Below are positions 13,399 to 25,029 of a DNA stretch of 64,000 nucleotides, one piece after another. The stretch lies in contig CAVTET010000004.1 of assembly GCA_963733675.1 (NCBI GenBank), positions 128,001-192,000 of the forward strand, given 5' to 3'. Origin of the DNA: an uncultured Methanosarcinaceae archaeon. GTDB lineage: Archaea; Halobacteriota; Methanosarcinia; Methanosarcinales; Methanosarcinaceae. The notes below the pieces were generated by a model that was not told where the DNA came from, ran no database searches, and saw only the letters and a list, made by a program, of their open reading frames with translations. Both the position numbers and the translations under genes were made by a program. The first letter of the stretch is position 1; every line of letters begins with the position of its first letter.

Positions 13399-14250
13399 GG
13401 TTCCGTTGCAAAATCCTTTCTAATGATACAATAGAATAAAAAAGAAAACCAAAGATAGTAATATGCTATCTAATTCCTTTAAATAGAAGCATTATGAAGG
13501 AGAAATTATCTTATTAAATGTAAGATGTACTTAAAATACCCATTGAGCTATAGAAATTTAAAGGGAATGATGATAGAAAGAGGAATTCAAGTGATCACAG
13601 TACTATAATGAGATGAGTACATCAATATTCCCCTGAAATAAAAAAGAAGATCAGAAGACATTTAAGACCAACAAACTATTCGTGGAGAGTCAATGAAACC
13701 TATATCAAAGTAAAAGGTAAATGGAAATATTTTTATCGAGCAGTTGACTCAAATGGCGATACAATTGATTTCATGTTAAGTTCAAAACGAGATAGAAAAG
13801 CAGCAAAGAGATTCTTTAAGAAAGCTTTGAGTTCTAATCATAATCAAATTCCAAAGGTAATAACTGTTTATAAGAATCCAGCTTATCCACCTGCTATAGG
13901 TAAACTGAAAAAGGATAAAATACTACCTAAAAACATAGGTATTCGACAAATCAAGTATTTGAATAACATTATAGAACAAGATCACAGATCTATAAAGCGA
14001 ATAGTTCATTCAATGTTAGAATTTCAGTCTTTTCGATCTGCTAATAAAACTTTAAAAGGAATTGAAGCTATGAATATGATCAAAAAAGGACAAGTAATCG
14101 ATTTAAATTACTCTGTTCTTAATGAAGTCAAATACATTAATCAATTGTTTGGTATAGTTTCATAATGTTAGTACATTTTCCTTTAATATTTTGATTTTTA
14201 TTCATTACTTATAGATTTACATATTTTTTTGAATTTTTTACAACAGAACC
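13399..14250 (+). mobile_element. IS6-family element, ~852 bp, transposase disrupted in its 5' half (C-terminal ORF 13773-14165)
   Basis: TIRs GGTTCCGTTGCAAA / TTTACAACAGAACC; SWRVNETYIKVKGKWKY, KYLNNIIEQDHRSIKR motifs. Confidence 0.9.
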
Positions 14251-14480
14251 GTCCTTTGTACGTTCGATGTTTCCTGGATGTATAAACTGTATATATTCCA
14301 TCATAATCTTAGGTTCTTTTAGTTTTATTCCAGATATCTGGTTCAAATAAATTGTTTTGTCTACTCTGTGGAACCCAAAATGTAATTTCCCGTCGAATCC
14401 CTGTCTTTTGATGATAACTATCCTGGTAAATTTCGAGCTGATCATTGTGACCATTAGTACTCTTTAGCTCCATCAGCATA
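14251..14480 (-). pseudogene. Truncated DUF4429-like (PH-fold) protein cut by the IS6 end
   Basis: IVIIKRQG...KTIYLNQISGIKLKEP...YIQF fragment ends abruptly at the IS6 TIR. Confidence 0.45.
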
Positions 14481-14559
14481 TTTGTAGTTACGCCTATAAG
14501 TTGTTGTACACGTGCAGCTTGTTCTACCCCTATAGGCTGTTATGACTTTTTCGGTAATT

Positions 14560-15417
14560 TTAGGGAATAATCTCATCCCGATATTTTTCAATTCCAAGCC
14601 TGTCAAAAAGTTCTCCTAATCTTTCTCCATCAAGGCTTTCTTTTCTGTAATAATCAATAGTTTTTTCCAGAATTGAAAATAGCTGCTCCTCACTAATAAG
14701 TTCAATAATTTTTATTCCGTGCCTTGGTTTACGTCCCATACTGCCTCCAACAAAAATCGTATATCCGGTTTTTTCCGCTCTTAATACATCTTTCCTGCAA
14801 GCTACAATACAGGCTCCGCAAAGAACGCACTTTTATCTGTCTATCCTGACTTTCTCTTCCGTGATTGTTATTGCTTCCATTTTACAAGCTTTTTCACAGC
14901 TCCCACAGCCAACACAATTCTCTTCAAGAATTTTGGGTTTCGTAGCACCCATAATTCCAAAATCATTATCTTGAGGTTTTACACATACAGAAAGGCAGCC
15001 TGTGATTGCAATCTTGAGTTTCTTAGGGACGGGTTCTCCGAAATATTTCTCGTCGATCTTGTAAGCCAGTCTCTGGCAGTCAATTAACCCATATTTACAG
15101 ACACTGTTTCCATGACAAGCAACAATTGCCCTTACTTTTTTCCCAGAAGAACCTCCGAAAATCCCCTGCATTTCAAGTTCATAACTCGCTTTTTCAGCAT
15201 CTCCAAGTTTGACAAAAGGAATTTCAATCTGCTGTCTTGAAGTTAAATGGACGTAACCAGAACCATATTTCTCTGCAGCATCCGTAATTGCCCTTAGTTT
15301 TTTGGCGTCCACCCTTCCACCCACAACTTTAAGCCGCATTGGAAACATATTTTCCTGTCTCTGCGGCAGAAAACCTTTGTTTTTGAGTGAAGATTCATCA
15401 ATTCTTTTCTCGGCCAT
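14560..15417 (-). pseudogene. Nitrite/sulfite reductase 4Fe-4S protein (Dsr-like protein) with a premature stop at 14833-14835
   Basis: HLTSRQQIE, ACHG..VCKYG, KIAITGC...C and ferredoxin CxxCxxCxxxC motifs; the frame continues past TAA as KCVLCGACIVAC...EKYRDEIIP*. Confidence 0.85.
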
Positions 15418-15469
15418 ATGAGATCAATTAACTGCAAAAGCATTAATAATTAATTCCTATAATAAAAAA

Positions 15470-15745
15470 GCAGACTCAATTATACCTTTAAGAAAGAGAA
15501 AAAGGAAGAAAATTTGGGGAAAATATAGACAACAATTGAACTTGGTATTTGACAACATTAAATATAATCAAAGGAATATAGCAGAAACCATATTTTCGGT
15601 AGTCAAAAGGAAATTAGGAGAAACAATTAGGGCAAAGAAGTTCAGAAACCAAGTAAAGGAAATTAAAATTAAACTAATAGCATACAACATAAACAAAAAA
15701 ATTGTAGAAATAATCTGTATCAAATTAAGGATTTCTACAAAGCCG
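15470..15745 (+). mobile_element. 3' fragment of a DDE (IS5-like) transposase with probable right end
   Basis: YNQRNIAETIFSVVKRKLG (YxxRxxxE motif); ends in GGATTTCTACAAAGCC. Confidence 0.7.
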
Positions 15746-16172
15746 AGTAAGGTTTCTCTATAATCTTGGATTTGTGAGTTTTGGGTTATAGGTATCCTTA
15801 TTACAATGTATCTAAAAATATTTAAATTTTAATTGACTCTGTATCACTTTACTTCATCACAAAACGGAGTCCATAGTCAATATTTTTATTTACAAAACTT
15901 CTGATTTTAAATTGTTATTTATACACAGTTTTTTTGTGATTAAACCTATGTATAATCTACCTTTTTTGCAAAATCATACAGGAAAATCTCAAATTATGGA
16001 GAGATTTTACACAGCTTTTATTAAAATGTATTTTTTGAAACCAACATTTCGCTATATCCCTACTCTCCGTGTTTCCTACTAAACTATTTAGAGTAGAATT
16101 CATCAGTTTCATACATTCTAAACCCAACAATGAATATTAACCAAATAATTGAAAACGAACGATGCTTCAAAT

Positions 16173-16321
16173 GGTTCCGTTGCAAAAAATCTGGCTATTT
16201 TACAAAACGAGTGAAAAAAATCACAATTAGGATATTTATATGCCATAGACAGATCAATAATGATACAAAAAGCAATAGTTATAGCCCAAAAAGGCCATAA
16301 AATTATTTTTGCAACAGAACC
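16173..16321 (+). mobile_element. 149-bp MITE with IS6-type ends, copy 1
   Basis: GGTTCCGTTGCAAA...TTTGCAACAGAACC, matching the IS6 ends at 13399/14250. Confidence 0.88.
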
Positions 16322-16439
16322 GAAAATTCTCTCTAATACTTGACTGTCTCTTATCTTCGCTGAAATTAGACTTAAAGAATAAATTAGTCATAAAAATGTT
16401 TTTAAAAAATGGTTTCCCATATTTATAAGAGGGAAATCG

Positions 16440-16673
16440 ATGCCATATAACAGCAATTCTGAATTACCCGAGACTGTTAAGGAAAACCTACCCTAAAAAG
16501 GACAAGACATTTACCGGGAAGCTTTCAATAATGCATGGGAACAATATAAAGAACCATCCAAAAAGAGAAAGAATGAATCGAGGGAAGAAGTTTCACACAA
16601 GGTTGCATGGAGTGCAGTTAAGAAAATCTACGAAAAAAGCTCTAAAGGAAACTGGATAAAAAAGAAGGAATAA
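16440..16673 (+). pseudogene. chaB: ChaB family protein with a premature TAA at codon 19
   Basis: MPYNSNSELPETVKENLP*KGQDIYREAFNNAWEQY...SHKVAWSAVKKIYEK...W; not in ORF track. Confidence 0.85.
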
Positions 16674-16747
16674 AATTTAATTTTGGACTTTAAAGCATGT
16701 AATTTATGTGAGTATCAAGGGATAATGCTTGGTGGCATTTCAAAATT

Positions 16748-16896
16748 GGTTCTGTTGCAAAAATAATTTTAGGGCCTTTTTAGGCTATAACTATTGCTTT
16801 TTGTATCATTATTGATCTGTCTATGGCATATAAATATCCTAATTGTGATTTTTTTCACTCGTTTTGTAAAATAGCCAGATTTTTTGCAATGGAACA
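16748..16896 (-). mobile_element. 149-bp IS6-type MITE, copy 2 (inverted)
   Basis: Near-identical reverse complement of 16173-16321. Confidence 0.88.
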
Positions 16897-17101
16897 GTAG
16901 ATAATACATATTTTTTATTAAAATATATGTGCTATTAAAAGCCAAAAAGTTGTTATATTTATCTCGCAAAGGATAACAATAAATGAAAATTGGTAACTAA
17001 TTAACTTATAAATCGGATTTAGTTAGTCGAGTCAGATTAACTGCCTTATAGTACCGAGCTATTGAATCCTGCGAGTATTTCAATTGCTTTGTCATATGCT
17101 G

Positions 17102-17959
17102 TTATTGCTTCATCATACTCCAAGCTTCTGATTCCGACGGGTTAATTTCAATTGCTTTAGCATATGCTTTCATTGCTTCATCGGAATCACCTAATTTACT
17201 TAAAATAATTGCTTTATTGTACCAAACTGCGGAATTTTGTGGATTAATTTCACTTGCTTTGTCATATGTTAGTATTGCTTCATCATACTTGTTTAAATAA
17301 TCAAGAATAACTCCTTTATTGTACCAAGCTTTTGAATTCTGCGGGTTAATTTCAATTACTTTATCATACGCTTTTATTGCTTCATCGGATTTATTTAATC
17401 TATTTAGAGTAACTGCTTTATTGTACCAAGCTTCTGAATCCTGCGGGTTAATTTCAATTGCTTTGTCATATACTGTTATTGCTTTACCGGGTTGATTTAA
17501 TTGGCCTAGAACATCTCCTTTGTTGTTCCAAGCAACTGCATTTTTCGGGTTAGTTTCAATCGCTTTGTCATATGCTTTTACTGCTTCATCGAAATCACCT
17601 AATTTCGCTAAAGTTACTCCTTTATTGTTCCAAGCATTCGAATTCTGCGGGTCGATTTCAATTGCTTTCTCATAGGCTTTTATTGCTCCGTTATATTTCC
17701 CTAATTTGTTTAGAATGTTTCCTTTTTTGCACCAAACATCTGAATCCTGCGGGTTAATTTCAATTGCCTTGTCATATGCTTTTATGGCTTCATTGTACTT
17801 TTCTGAGCTCATTAGCTCGCTCCCTTTATGGGCCCAAACATTTGTAGATTGCGCCGCACCTGCTATACTCACTAGCATTAAAAGCACCAGTGTAGTGATT
17901 CCTAAAAACGTTAGGATTGTATGACTTTGACTTGCGTTATCATATGTTGTTTTTTCCAT
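17102..17959 (-). CDS. Secreted TPR protein, paralog of 10409-11362
   Basis: Same leader (YD.ASQSHTILTFLGI) and ~7 TPR repeats; decayed TPR sequence continues past the stop. Confidence 0.9.
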   Translation of the reverse strand: MEKTTYDNASQSHTILTFLGITTLVLLMLVSIAGAAQSTNVWAHKGSELMSSEKYNEAIKAYDKAIEINPQDSDVWCKKGNILNKLGKYNGAIKAYEKAIEIDPQNSNAWNNKGVTLAKLGDFDEAVKAYDKAIETNPKNAVAWNNKGDVLGQLNQPGKAITVYDKAIEINPQDSEAWYNKAVTLNRLNKSDEAIKAYDKVIEINPQNSKAWYNKGVILDYLNKYDEAILTYDKASEINPQNSAVWYNKAIILSKLGDSDEAMKAYAKAIEINPSESEAWSMMKQ

Positions 17960-18509
17960 TCTAAGTCTCCTGAAATTTGTTTAGATATTAATGATAAAGA
18001 ATAACTAAAAAAATACTGATGGATAATACTTCAATCTACAAAGTAAACTTTTCTACTGATAAAATATATCTACTAATTAATTAAAATAATTACTACATTA
18101 CTTTTAGTTGTCATCATTTTAAAAATTTTAAATTATTACATAAGAAAAATAACACTTTAACTTGCGAAACAGCAATTTTGGAAAAATCTTTTAACTACAT
18201 TACTAAATAAGCTAAAAAAAGCTGTGATGTAAGGTAGAACATAGCCATCTAAAAACAATGAAGCATAGATTTCACTTTAGAAAAACTGTGCATCAATGCA
18301 AAAAAAATGGAAGCATAACTTTGTTAACATAGTCATTGGCTCAGCACCCAACTTTTAGTTGTTTTATTTTTATATTAATGAAGTATCCTTCGTGACCTTT
18401 TTGTAGAATGTGATGTAAGATTAAATAAGCAGTAAAATCCATATCTACATTTTAGTTACGATTTTTAATTTACACAGTTTCTATCATTAGTTATTCTTCA
18501 TCATTATCA

Positions 18510-18762
18510 TTAACAATTCCATACCCATTGTTGATAGTACGGGTCCCGCACCCGATCACAATCAGGGTAGTACTGACCGTGCCACCAATAGTGATGCGAA
18601 TGGTCGTTGCCCCAGCCCCAGCCCCAGCCGCTACCATGTCCACCACGGCCAAAAACGCGATGTTCACCACGGTCACCATGTTCACCGCTCTGCATCGGCT
18701 ACTACTGCAGTAACAGATACAGCCAAAATTACTACCAACAAAATAGACAGTACCTTTTTCAT
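18510..18762 (-). pseudogene. Small secreted Gly/His/Trp-rich peptide, frameshifted after its signal peptide
   Basis: MKKVLSILLVVILAVSVTAVVADAE then a shift into GEHGDRGEHR...GWGWGWGNDHSHHYWWHGQYYPDC...WVWNC*. Confidence 0.55.
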
Positions 18763-19201
18763 TCTACTAACTTGTTATTTCAACATCTATTTCATTTACT
18801 TTATATTTTTCAAATTAATGACATACTAAAATATGACTAATTTCGATAAACATCCAGTTTCAACAAGTTTCTTAGATATACCGTATAAACACCTAGCTAA
18901 AAATTGAGATTTGTCGAAATCATTTCTAAATAATTTTTTATTGCTTTACGCATAATTTGTCGTTGCACTTTGTGATACCTATGGCTGCACAAAAAAATAT
19001 GTTTCGTAAGTCATTTATGTGAATATCACCGAATATCACCAAAAACATTTTAGAGAATTTGATTGATTTTTTAATAGTATTTCTGCTTCAGCTATTTACT
19101 TCTGATTCATGGCTTTGCTTGTTTCGGTTTTTATAGCCATATCTCTACCTCTTCCGTTATTCATAGTCTTGTTTTTGTGGTGGTGGTGCTTGAAGAATTT
19201 A

Positions 19202-20070
19202 GAGCCTATTCGAAAAATAATCTACTTTCAATTTAAGATCATGTGTGGTAATGACAAAACGGAAAATTGTTCAGGACTACAAATTTTCTAAAGATTATTG
19301 GGGAAGAATAGAACCTTTACTACATGTACCTAAGCCAAAAAAGAAGTCTTGAAGACCTAGAAAGGGTGATAGGAAAATAATGAGTGGCATTTTCTATCTC
19401 CTTTTTACTGTTTGCCAATGGAAAGCATTGCCCCGATTTTATGGAGCTCCAAGCACTGTACATGATCGATTTCAGGAATGGCAACTATCAGGCTTATTTG
19501 AGAGCATGTGGATGGCTGGTCTTGTTGAGTATGATTTCGAAAAAGGATTAGAATGGGAATGATAATCAATTGATGGTGCTATGACAAAAGCACCATTAGG
19601 TGGAACTGGAACAAGAGCCAATCCTACTGATCGTGGCAAAAAAGGTACAAAAAGGAGTATTTTAACTGGTGGTAAAGGCATACCACTTTCTGTTGTCGTT
19701 GATGGAGCCAATCGTCACGATAAAAAGCTTGTAAAAAGGACTTTAGACGCCATATTCTTTGAAAGACCTTCTCCAGAAGACATAATTCAGAATATATGCT
19801 GGATAAGGGTTATGATTTCAACGATATCAGAAAATTGGTTGAAGAATATGGTTATACTGCGCATATCAAAAGTCGTGGAGAAGAAAACATAAGAAGAGAC
19901 ACCTGGTTTTAGGGCAAGAAGATGGGTTGTAGAAAGGACACATTCTTGGCTGAATAGATTCAGAAGACTCCTTATAAGATGGGAAAAGAAAATTGAAAAT
20001 TACCTTGCTATCCTACATTTAGCGTGCGCATTGATAACATTCAGATCAGCAGGACTTTTCGAATAGCCTC
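19202..20070 (+). mobile_element. IS5-family element, second 869-bp copy, transposase inactivated
   Basis: Near-identical reverse complement of 5836-6704; TTA duplication at 19199-19201/20071-20073. Confidence 0.93.
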
Positions 20071-20073
20071 TTA

Positions 20074-20696
20074 GTCGAATACCCCGCAGCTAGCTGCGGA
20101 GACGAAAACTCCCAAATAACTGTTATTTTACTAACTGGTCTATGAGATTTTTGATAGTTTTTGATTTTCACGAATCATTTACGTATTATTTATAAGCATA
20201 TGACAAAATTAGGGTATTTGTCAAATAGTCTTGTATTTTGAGCTAAAGTTGTGCTATAATATGGAACTTTTCATGCGAGCTACTTGTCTATAAAAATGAT
20301 CAGATTGTTTTTTTTGCATGAAATATCATAAAAAATTTATTATAGGTAATGAAATCCTAAACTATTTAAAATATGTATGCTTTGGAATTGGTAAAAGACA
20401 CTTTTTTGAGTTTAATTTAATCGATAATGATGGTGATACACATCTTTTAGTTGATTCTGAACCAAAATATACTCCTTCAAGAGTGATGAAAATTATAAAA
20501 TATCTCACAGCAAAAGAATATTTAAAACAAGAATAAATTTGATGGGAAAAATTGTGAAAATACTATTTTTTTTAGAATTGTTTTGATAACGTAGTTCCAT
20601 TTCATAGTGCAAAGGTAGCATAAAATATAAATCAATTCATTATAAATGTTATCGAGAAAGTTCCCATCCCAGCGGCAAACTGTAGGGTATTCGATT
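20074..20696 (+). mobile_element. tnpA: Degenerate IS200/IS605-family element with tnpA pseudogene
   Basis: End hairpin CCGCAGCTAGCTGCGG and a related right end (CAGCGGCAAACTGTAGGGTATTCGA); tnpA remnant MKYHKK...DGDTHLLV..EPKYTPSRVMKIIK..TAKE. Confidence 0.75.
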
Positions 20697-21272
20697 GGAA
20701 TAAAAACTCTAAAATTATAAGGCTATGAATCAGTTGTTAGTGCACAAATGATCCTTCGTGTGGACAAATATTCAGCTTTGTGAAAAATAATTAATAGTTG
20801 GACAGACTATAACGTCGACAAATGATTTTATTCACACATCTCCTTTTATATCACTACAAAAAATAAAGATTTACAGCATCTGTTTCTCCTATCTAATAGA
20901 ATAAAATATAAGTTCAAGCCAGTCTTTAGTTTATCCACCTACTCAAAAGATAGTCTTCGTGTCATATTTGATTGATATTATTTGAAGGCCCTCTTGAACA
21001 AAGTGTCAGTATCATAATTTCTTATGGCTATTCAACTTGGGCAAAAAATATCAATATCTATCTCTACTAATATTCAATGAGCAAATTTCGGTGAATTTAT
21101 TTGATTTAATTGTTGGCTATTGATCTTATTTCTCATTTTTTATCAATTAGTGTCAAGGATATCTATTGTATCCAAAAAGATATCAAACAACTGATTTTTT
21201 TATGTAAGCTGCATAGTTACAGTTTTATATATAACGTTAATTAAGAGCATACCTTTTAGGATATCGATTTTC

Positions 21273-22640
21273 TTATTTGTATTCCGTCAGTCTCACAACC
21301 CTGGCAGTGACTTCGGAGGCCAGTTCAATATCTACAAGATAAATATAGTCCGAAATATTAGAAAGCCCGCCTGCTCCACTGGCGCCTATAATCAGCGAGT
21401 AAACTTTTGCTTTATATTTCCTTTTTGTCTCTTCCCAGCTTGTAAGTAACAGTTTGTCAGATATCTCTGACTTTCCATCGGTAATGAAAACCAGATCCGC
21501 AACCTGAAAGTCATTTTCCTTGAGTGATTTAAGGCCTGATGCAAGCGCAGTGTTGAAATCCGTTCCCCCACCGAACGTATAAAGTAAGAAATTCAGAAAT
21601 TTCTCAGACATCTTTTTTCTGCTGCTTAGTTCTATTTCCAGGTGTTGGTTGGTCGATGCAAAAAAAATGACTTTCATGTCCCTCTGTTGAGAGAGCATTA
21701 GCTTTGCCATAGCCAGCACCACAGACTTTGCCAGGGTCTGAGGAGCGCCGTGCATGGATCCAGAAGTATCCACAAGAACAATCATAGGACCTTTGGGCTT
21801 TATACTTGGGGGGCTTGTATAGTGTTTTCCAAATAACTGGTAGCTCAGAAGTTTTCCTTCAAGCATATCCGCATAGAACTTTCGCTTCAGGGAGGGGTTC
21901 AGAAGCTTTATGGCTTCCATGGGGAGGATGTTGTTGATAGAATCTGAGAAATTCACGGTCTGTATCCTATTTTTCCCGAAGATAGATAGGCTTATGTGAT
22001 CACTTGGTGGGTTGAATTCCTGCCTGCCGATGAAATTTACAATTTTTATCAGATCAGGATTTTTTTCGAAAAAGGTTGAATAGCTTTTCAGTGTTTTAAA
22101 CTGCAGGTAAAAAGGTTCTTTTTGGAGTTCTTTTATAGAATAGTTCCAATTTCGTCCGGGAAAAAGGAGCGCAAGAGTATCAAAAAGATCCAGGTTTTCT
22201 TCCATTTCCATGATAAATTCATTCAATATCTTGTAAATTCCCTCCATTATTCCTTCCAGAAATACCCAATGATTGTTCTTCTGCATAAATTCAAGGACAG
22301 ATTCCTGAAAGGCAAGATCTGCAAAATTCCTGATTTCTTGATATTTTTTGTCTTCATCAGGTGAGTTGTTTCCCCACATAATGAGAGTTTCTTTCAAACT
22401 CTTTTCAAACTCTGTCAGGATAGCATCCATTCCATCTTCGAATTCTTTGATGTATTTTCCTCTTGAAACTCTGTTTGAAGGCTCTAAAAAAAGTTCCATT
22501 ATATCATATACCAAGGGAAGAAGAATTTTCAAACCTGCAATCCCGGCTCCTCTACTTCTTTTTGCTATTTTTTGGAGTTTGGACCAAGATTTTGAATTTT
22601 TCAGGGCGAAGAAGATCGGATAAAAGGATCCGAAAACCAC
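21273..22640 (-). CDS. VWA-domain protein (ViaA/YieM-like); N-terminal region (to ~23030) appears disrupted
   Basis: GPMIVLVDTSGSMHG MIDAS motif, GGGTDF, DLVFITDG. Confidence 0.8.
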   Translation of the reverse strand: MVFGSFYPIFFALKNSKSWSKLQKIAKRSRGAGIAGLKILLPLVYDIMELFLEPSNRVSRGKYIKEFEDGMDAILTEFEKSLKETLIMWGNNSPDEDKKYQEIRNFADLAFQESVLEFMQKNNHWVFLEGIMEGIYKILNEFIMEMEENLDLFDTLALLFPGRNWNYSIKELQKEPFYLQFKTLKSYSTFFEKNPDLIKIVNFIGRQEFNPPSDHISLSIFGKNRIQTVNFSDSINNILPMEAIKLLNPSLKRKFYADMLEGKLLSYQLFGKHYTSPPSIKPKGPMIVLVDTSGSMHGAPQTLAKSVVLAMAKLMLSQQRDMKVIFFASTNQHLEIELSSRKKMSEKFLNFLLYTFGGGTDFNTALASGLKSLKENDFQVADLVFITDGKSEISDKLLLTSWEETKRKYKAKVYSLIIGASGAGGLSNISDYIYLVDIELASEVTARVVRLTEYK

Positions 22641-23968
22641 GATAAATCTGTTAGGATCTTTTATTTCATAAGCTTGGCCAAAGATAATCTCTGAGATTAT
22701 AACTTCAGCTACTTTTTCCCTTAGGTGGCGAGGAACAGCTCTTGGAATGGCTACCGTGCTTCTTAGTTCTTTACCCAGCAGGAAATTAGTTTGCCTTTGA
22801 AGGTCACATATAGGTAGCTTGATAGTTTATCTCCTAGTAAGTCTATTAGTTTAGCATGGTAATCAGAAGATTTTCGAAGACTCTCATCTGAATTATGTAG
22901 CGTCGTTGATATAATCACTTGACCTGATGAAGCAAATTATATCATTAAGGGCTTTTTTCAAGATTTTATTTAATGTTGCAACTTCTTCTACCAATTCTCT
23001 TGAATTTGCAACCAACTATCCAGAGTTAAGAGTACTAAAATGAAAATTCATTTGAAATATACTGTTTTTAATTATATAATCCACTTTCTACGGGTGTACA
23101 CAAGAATGTCATTCTTTTCTCAATATGGTTGGAGCTTAAAAAACAAATATGAATTCTTCGAATAATAGGCTCGAATAAAATGAAAGTATACACCATATGA
23201 TTCTTTTTTGAACATTGATTACATCGTTATTTTGGACAAGAAGTTTGCTCTAATTTGGTTTTGAAAACCGTCCAACAATTAATAAGTTAATTATCATCTT
23301 AGGCTCAAATGTGGATTCTCTTTCTTAAATTGTAACTCTGAACAAGGGATAGGCTACTGATGGCCTCAAGGCTAGGTCTTCATTCAATGATAATGGGAAA
23401 ATCGGCTAGCTTTTGTAAAATTATTTATTAAGTTGATGACTTAATTGGATCTTTCAAAAAAGCAGGGCTTTCGGGGGCAATTAAATAAAACCGAAATTGT
23501 TAATGGGCATCAAAAGAGTATATTAATATGTAATTAAAAAACGGTTTTTATAAAATATTTTTCTCAAATTAATTTAAATTAAAACCGATATCAATAAAAT
23601 TCATTCAACTTCACTATGCTTTTTTAATACTTTTTTTGTATTTAATGAGGCATAAATCGGTGAAAACTTGTATATTCTTATGAACTACGGAATAATCAGA
23701 CTTACAAAAACATAGACAACGAATAAGATATATTTTCAAAATTTTAAGACTTACCCCTTCAAGAAAGGGATTTTGATATAATGTGAATTGTGATTAAATT
23801 TACTTTTTGAACACTTGAAGTTTCAACTCTATAGATTTATCATTTAATCGTGTAAGTCCTTTGAAAAATAAATCTATAGGTTGATACTAATTATTGAGAA
23901 ATTCTCATCCACAATAAGCTGTATTATTTGATTGAGTTAAATAATTGAAGGCATCATAAATTTCTTGG

Positions 23969-24274
23969 TTATTTTTTTTCCACTTTTTCTTCCTTTAAAT
24001 ACTTTTTTGCTATGATAAAAACCACGAATGCGATGATAATAAAGTTTATCAAATCTCCTAGAAAAGCACCCCAACTTATTAATATAGGCCCTATTCCAAA
24101 TGTTGCAGTCCGCCAAGCTCCACCCGGAATAAAAGGTGTAATACTTGGCATGACTATGTTATCAACAAAAGACTTTATGAAAGCTGTGGAGGCTATACCC
24201 ATGATTAAAGCAATCGCAAGTGGGACTACTTTGTATTCAAAAAGAAATTCTTTAAACTCACTCATTAGTCCCAT
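23969..24274 (-). CDS. mscL: MscL-family mechanosensitive channel (short methanogen type)
   Basis: EFKEFL..YKVVPLAIA..., SFVDNIVMP, WGAFLGDLINFIIIAFVVF. Confidence 0.85.
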   Translation of the reverse strand: MGLMSEFKEFLFEYKVVPLAIALIMGIASTAFIKSFVDNIVMPSITPFIPGGAWRTATFGIGPILISWGAFLGDLINFIIIAFVVFIIAKKYLKEEKVEKK

Positions 24275-24489
24275 GTTATCCTTCTCAAAAATTAAAGTTA
24301 TTCACTTGTATCAGCAACTTGTTCGCTGTGATCTATTAGCTATAGATTAGCATATGTAATTTAGACCTTCAGTATTTTAAATTAATTATGCGAAAAATAG
24401 TCTCGGAAAAAAAATTATTCCAACATAAAATATTTTAAGCTCCAACATGCACAGTTCTTTTGTGCGAAAGTCTATGTATTATCTTATTT

Positions 24490-24735
24490 TTCAGCCGAAA
24501 TTTTAGGACATTTTAACCTGCCTGTGAAGAGAATAAATAATTTTTATTAAAACATATGTTATAGTAATGAACCAAAAAGTTGCTATTTATCTCACGAATG
24601 ATGAAAATAAATGAAACTTAGCAACTATTTGACCTACAAATCGAATTTATTTAATCTATTTAGATAAAGTTCCTTTATTGTATAAAGCTATTGAATCCTA
24701 CGGATCAATTTTAATTGCTTTGTCATATTCAAAGA
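24490..24735 (-). pseudogene. Relic 3' end and downstream region of a third TPR-gene copy
   Basis: YDKAIKIDP*DS remnant followed by ~200 bp homologous to 11363-11580 and 16900-17100. Confidence 0.65.
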
Positions 24736-25029
24736 CTTTATTACCTCAAATTGTTTTTGGGAGGTGTTTCTGATTTGTAGAACTAGTTTCTGAACTGAAG
24801 ATATTCGAAAATACTGAAGCAATGAGAAAGTTGATATAGTCAAATTAGTATATTTCAGAGAGCTTATTTCGTTCAACTCAATGAATTTTTTTGGATATAT
24901 TTATTGCATCTATCCTAAAGTGACATTTAAATTTAATCGTGGTATTTAAATTAAATTCTACTTCTTGTAATCTCTTGTATTTTAAACTTAAGAGATAATT
25001 ATACAAATCTTCCCGCCTATTTTACTACG

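Noticed and set aside
10409-17959. TPR paralogs as a diversity-generating retroelement template/variable pair
   Set aside because: No reverse transcriptase in the window, and the differences are not adenine-specific
5836-20070. Composite transposon or inversion bounded by the two inverted IS5 copies
   Set aside because: The gene interrupted by the first copy reads through continuously when the IS is removed, so the insertions are independent
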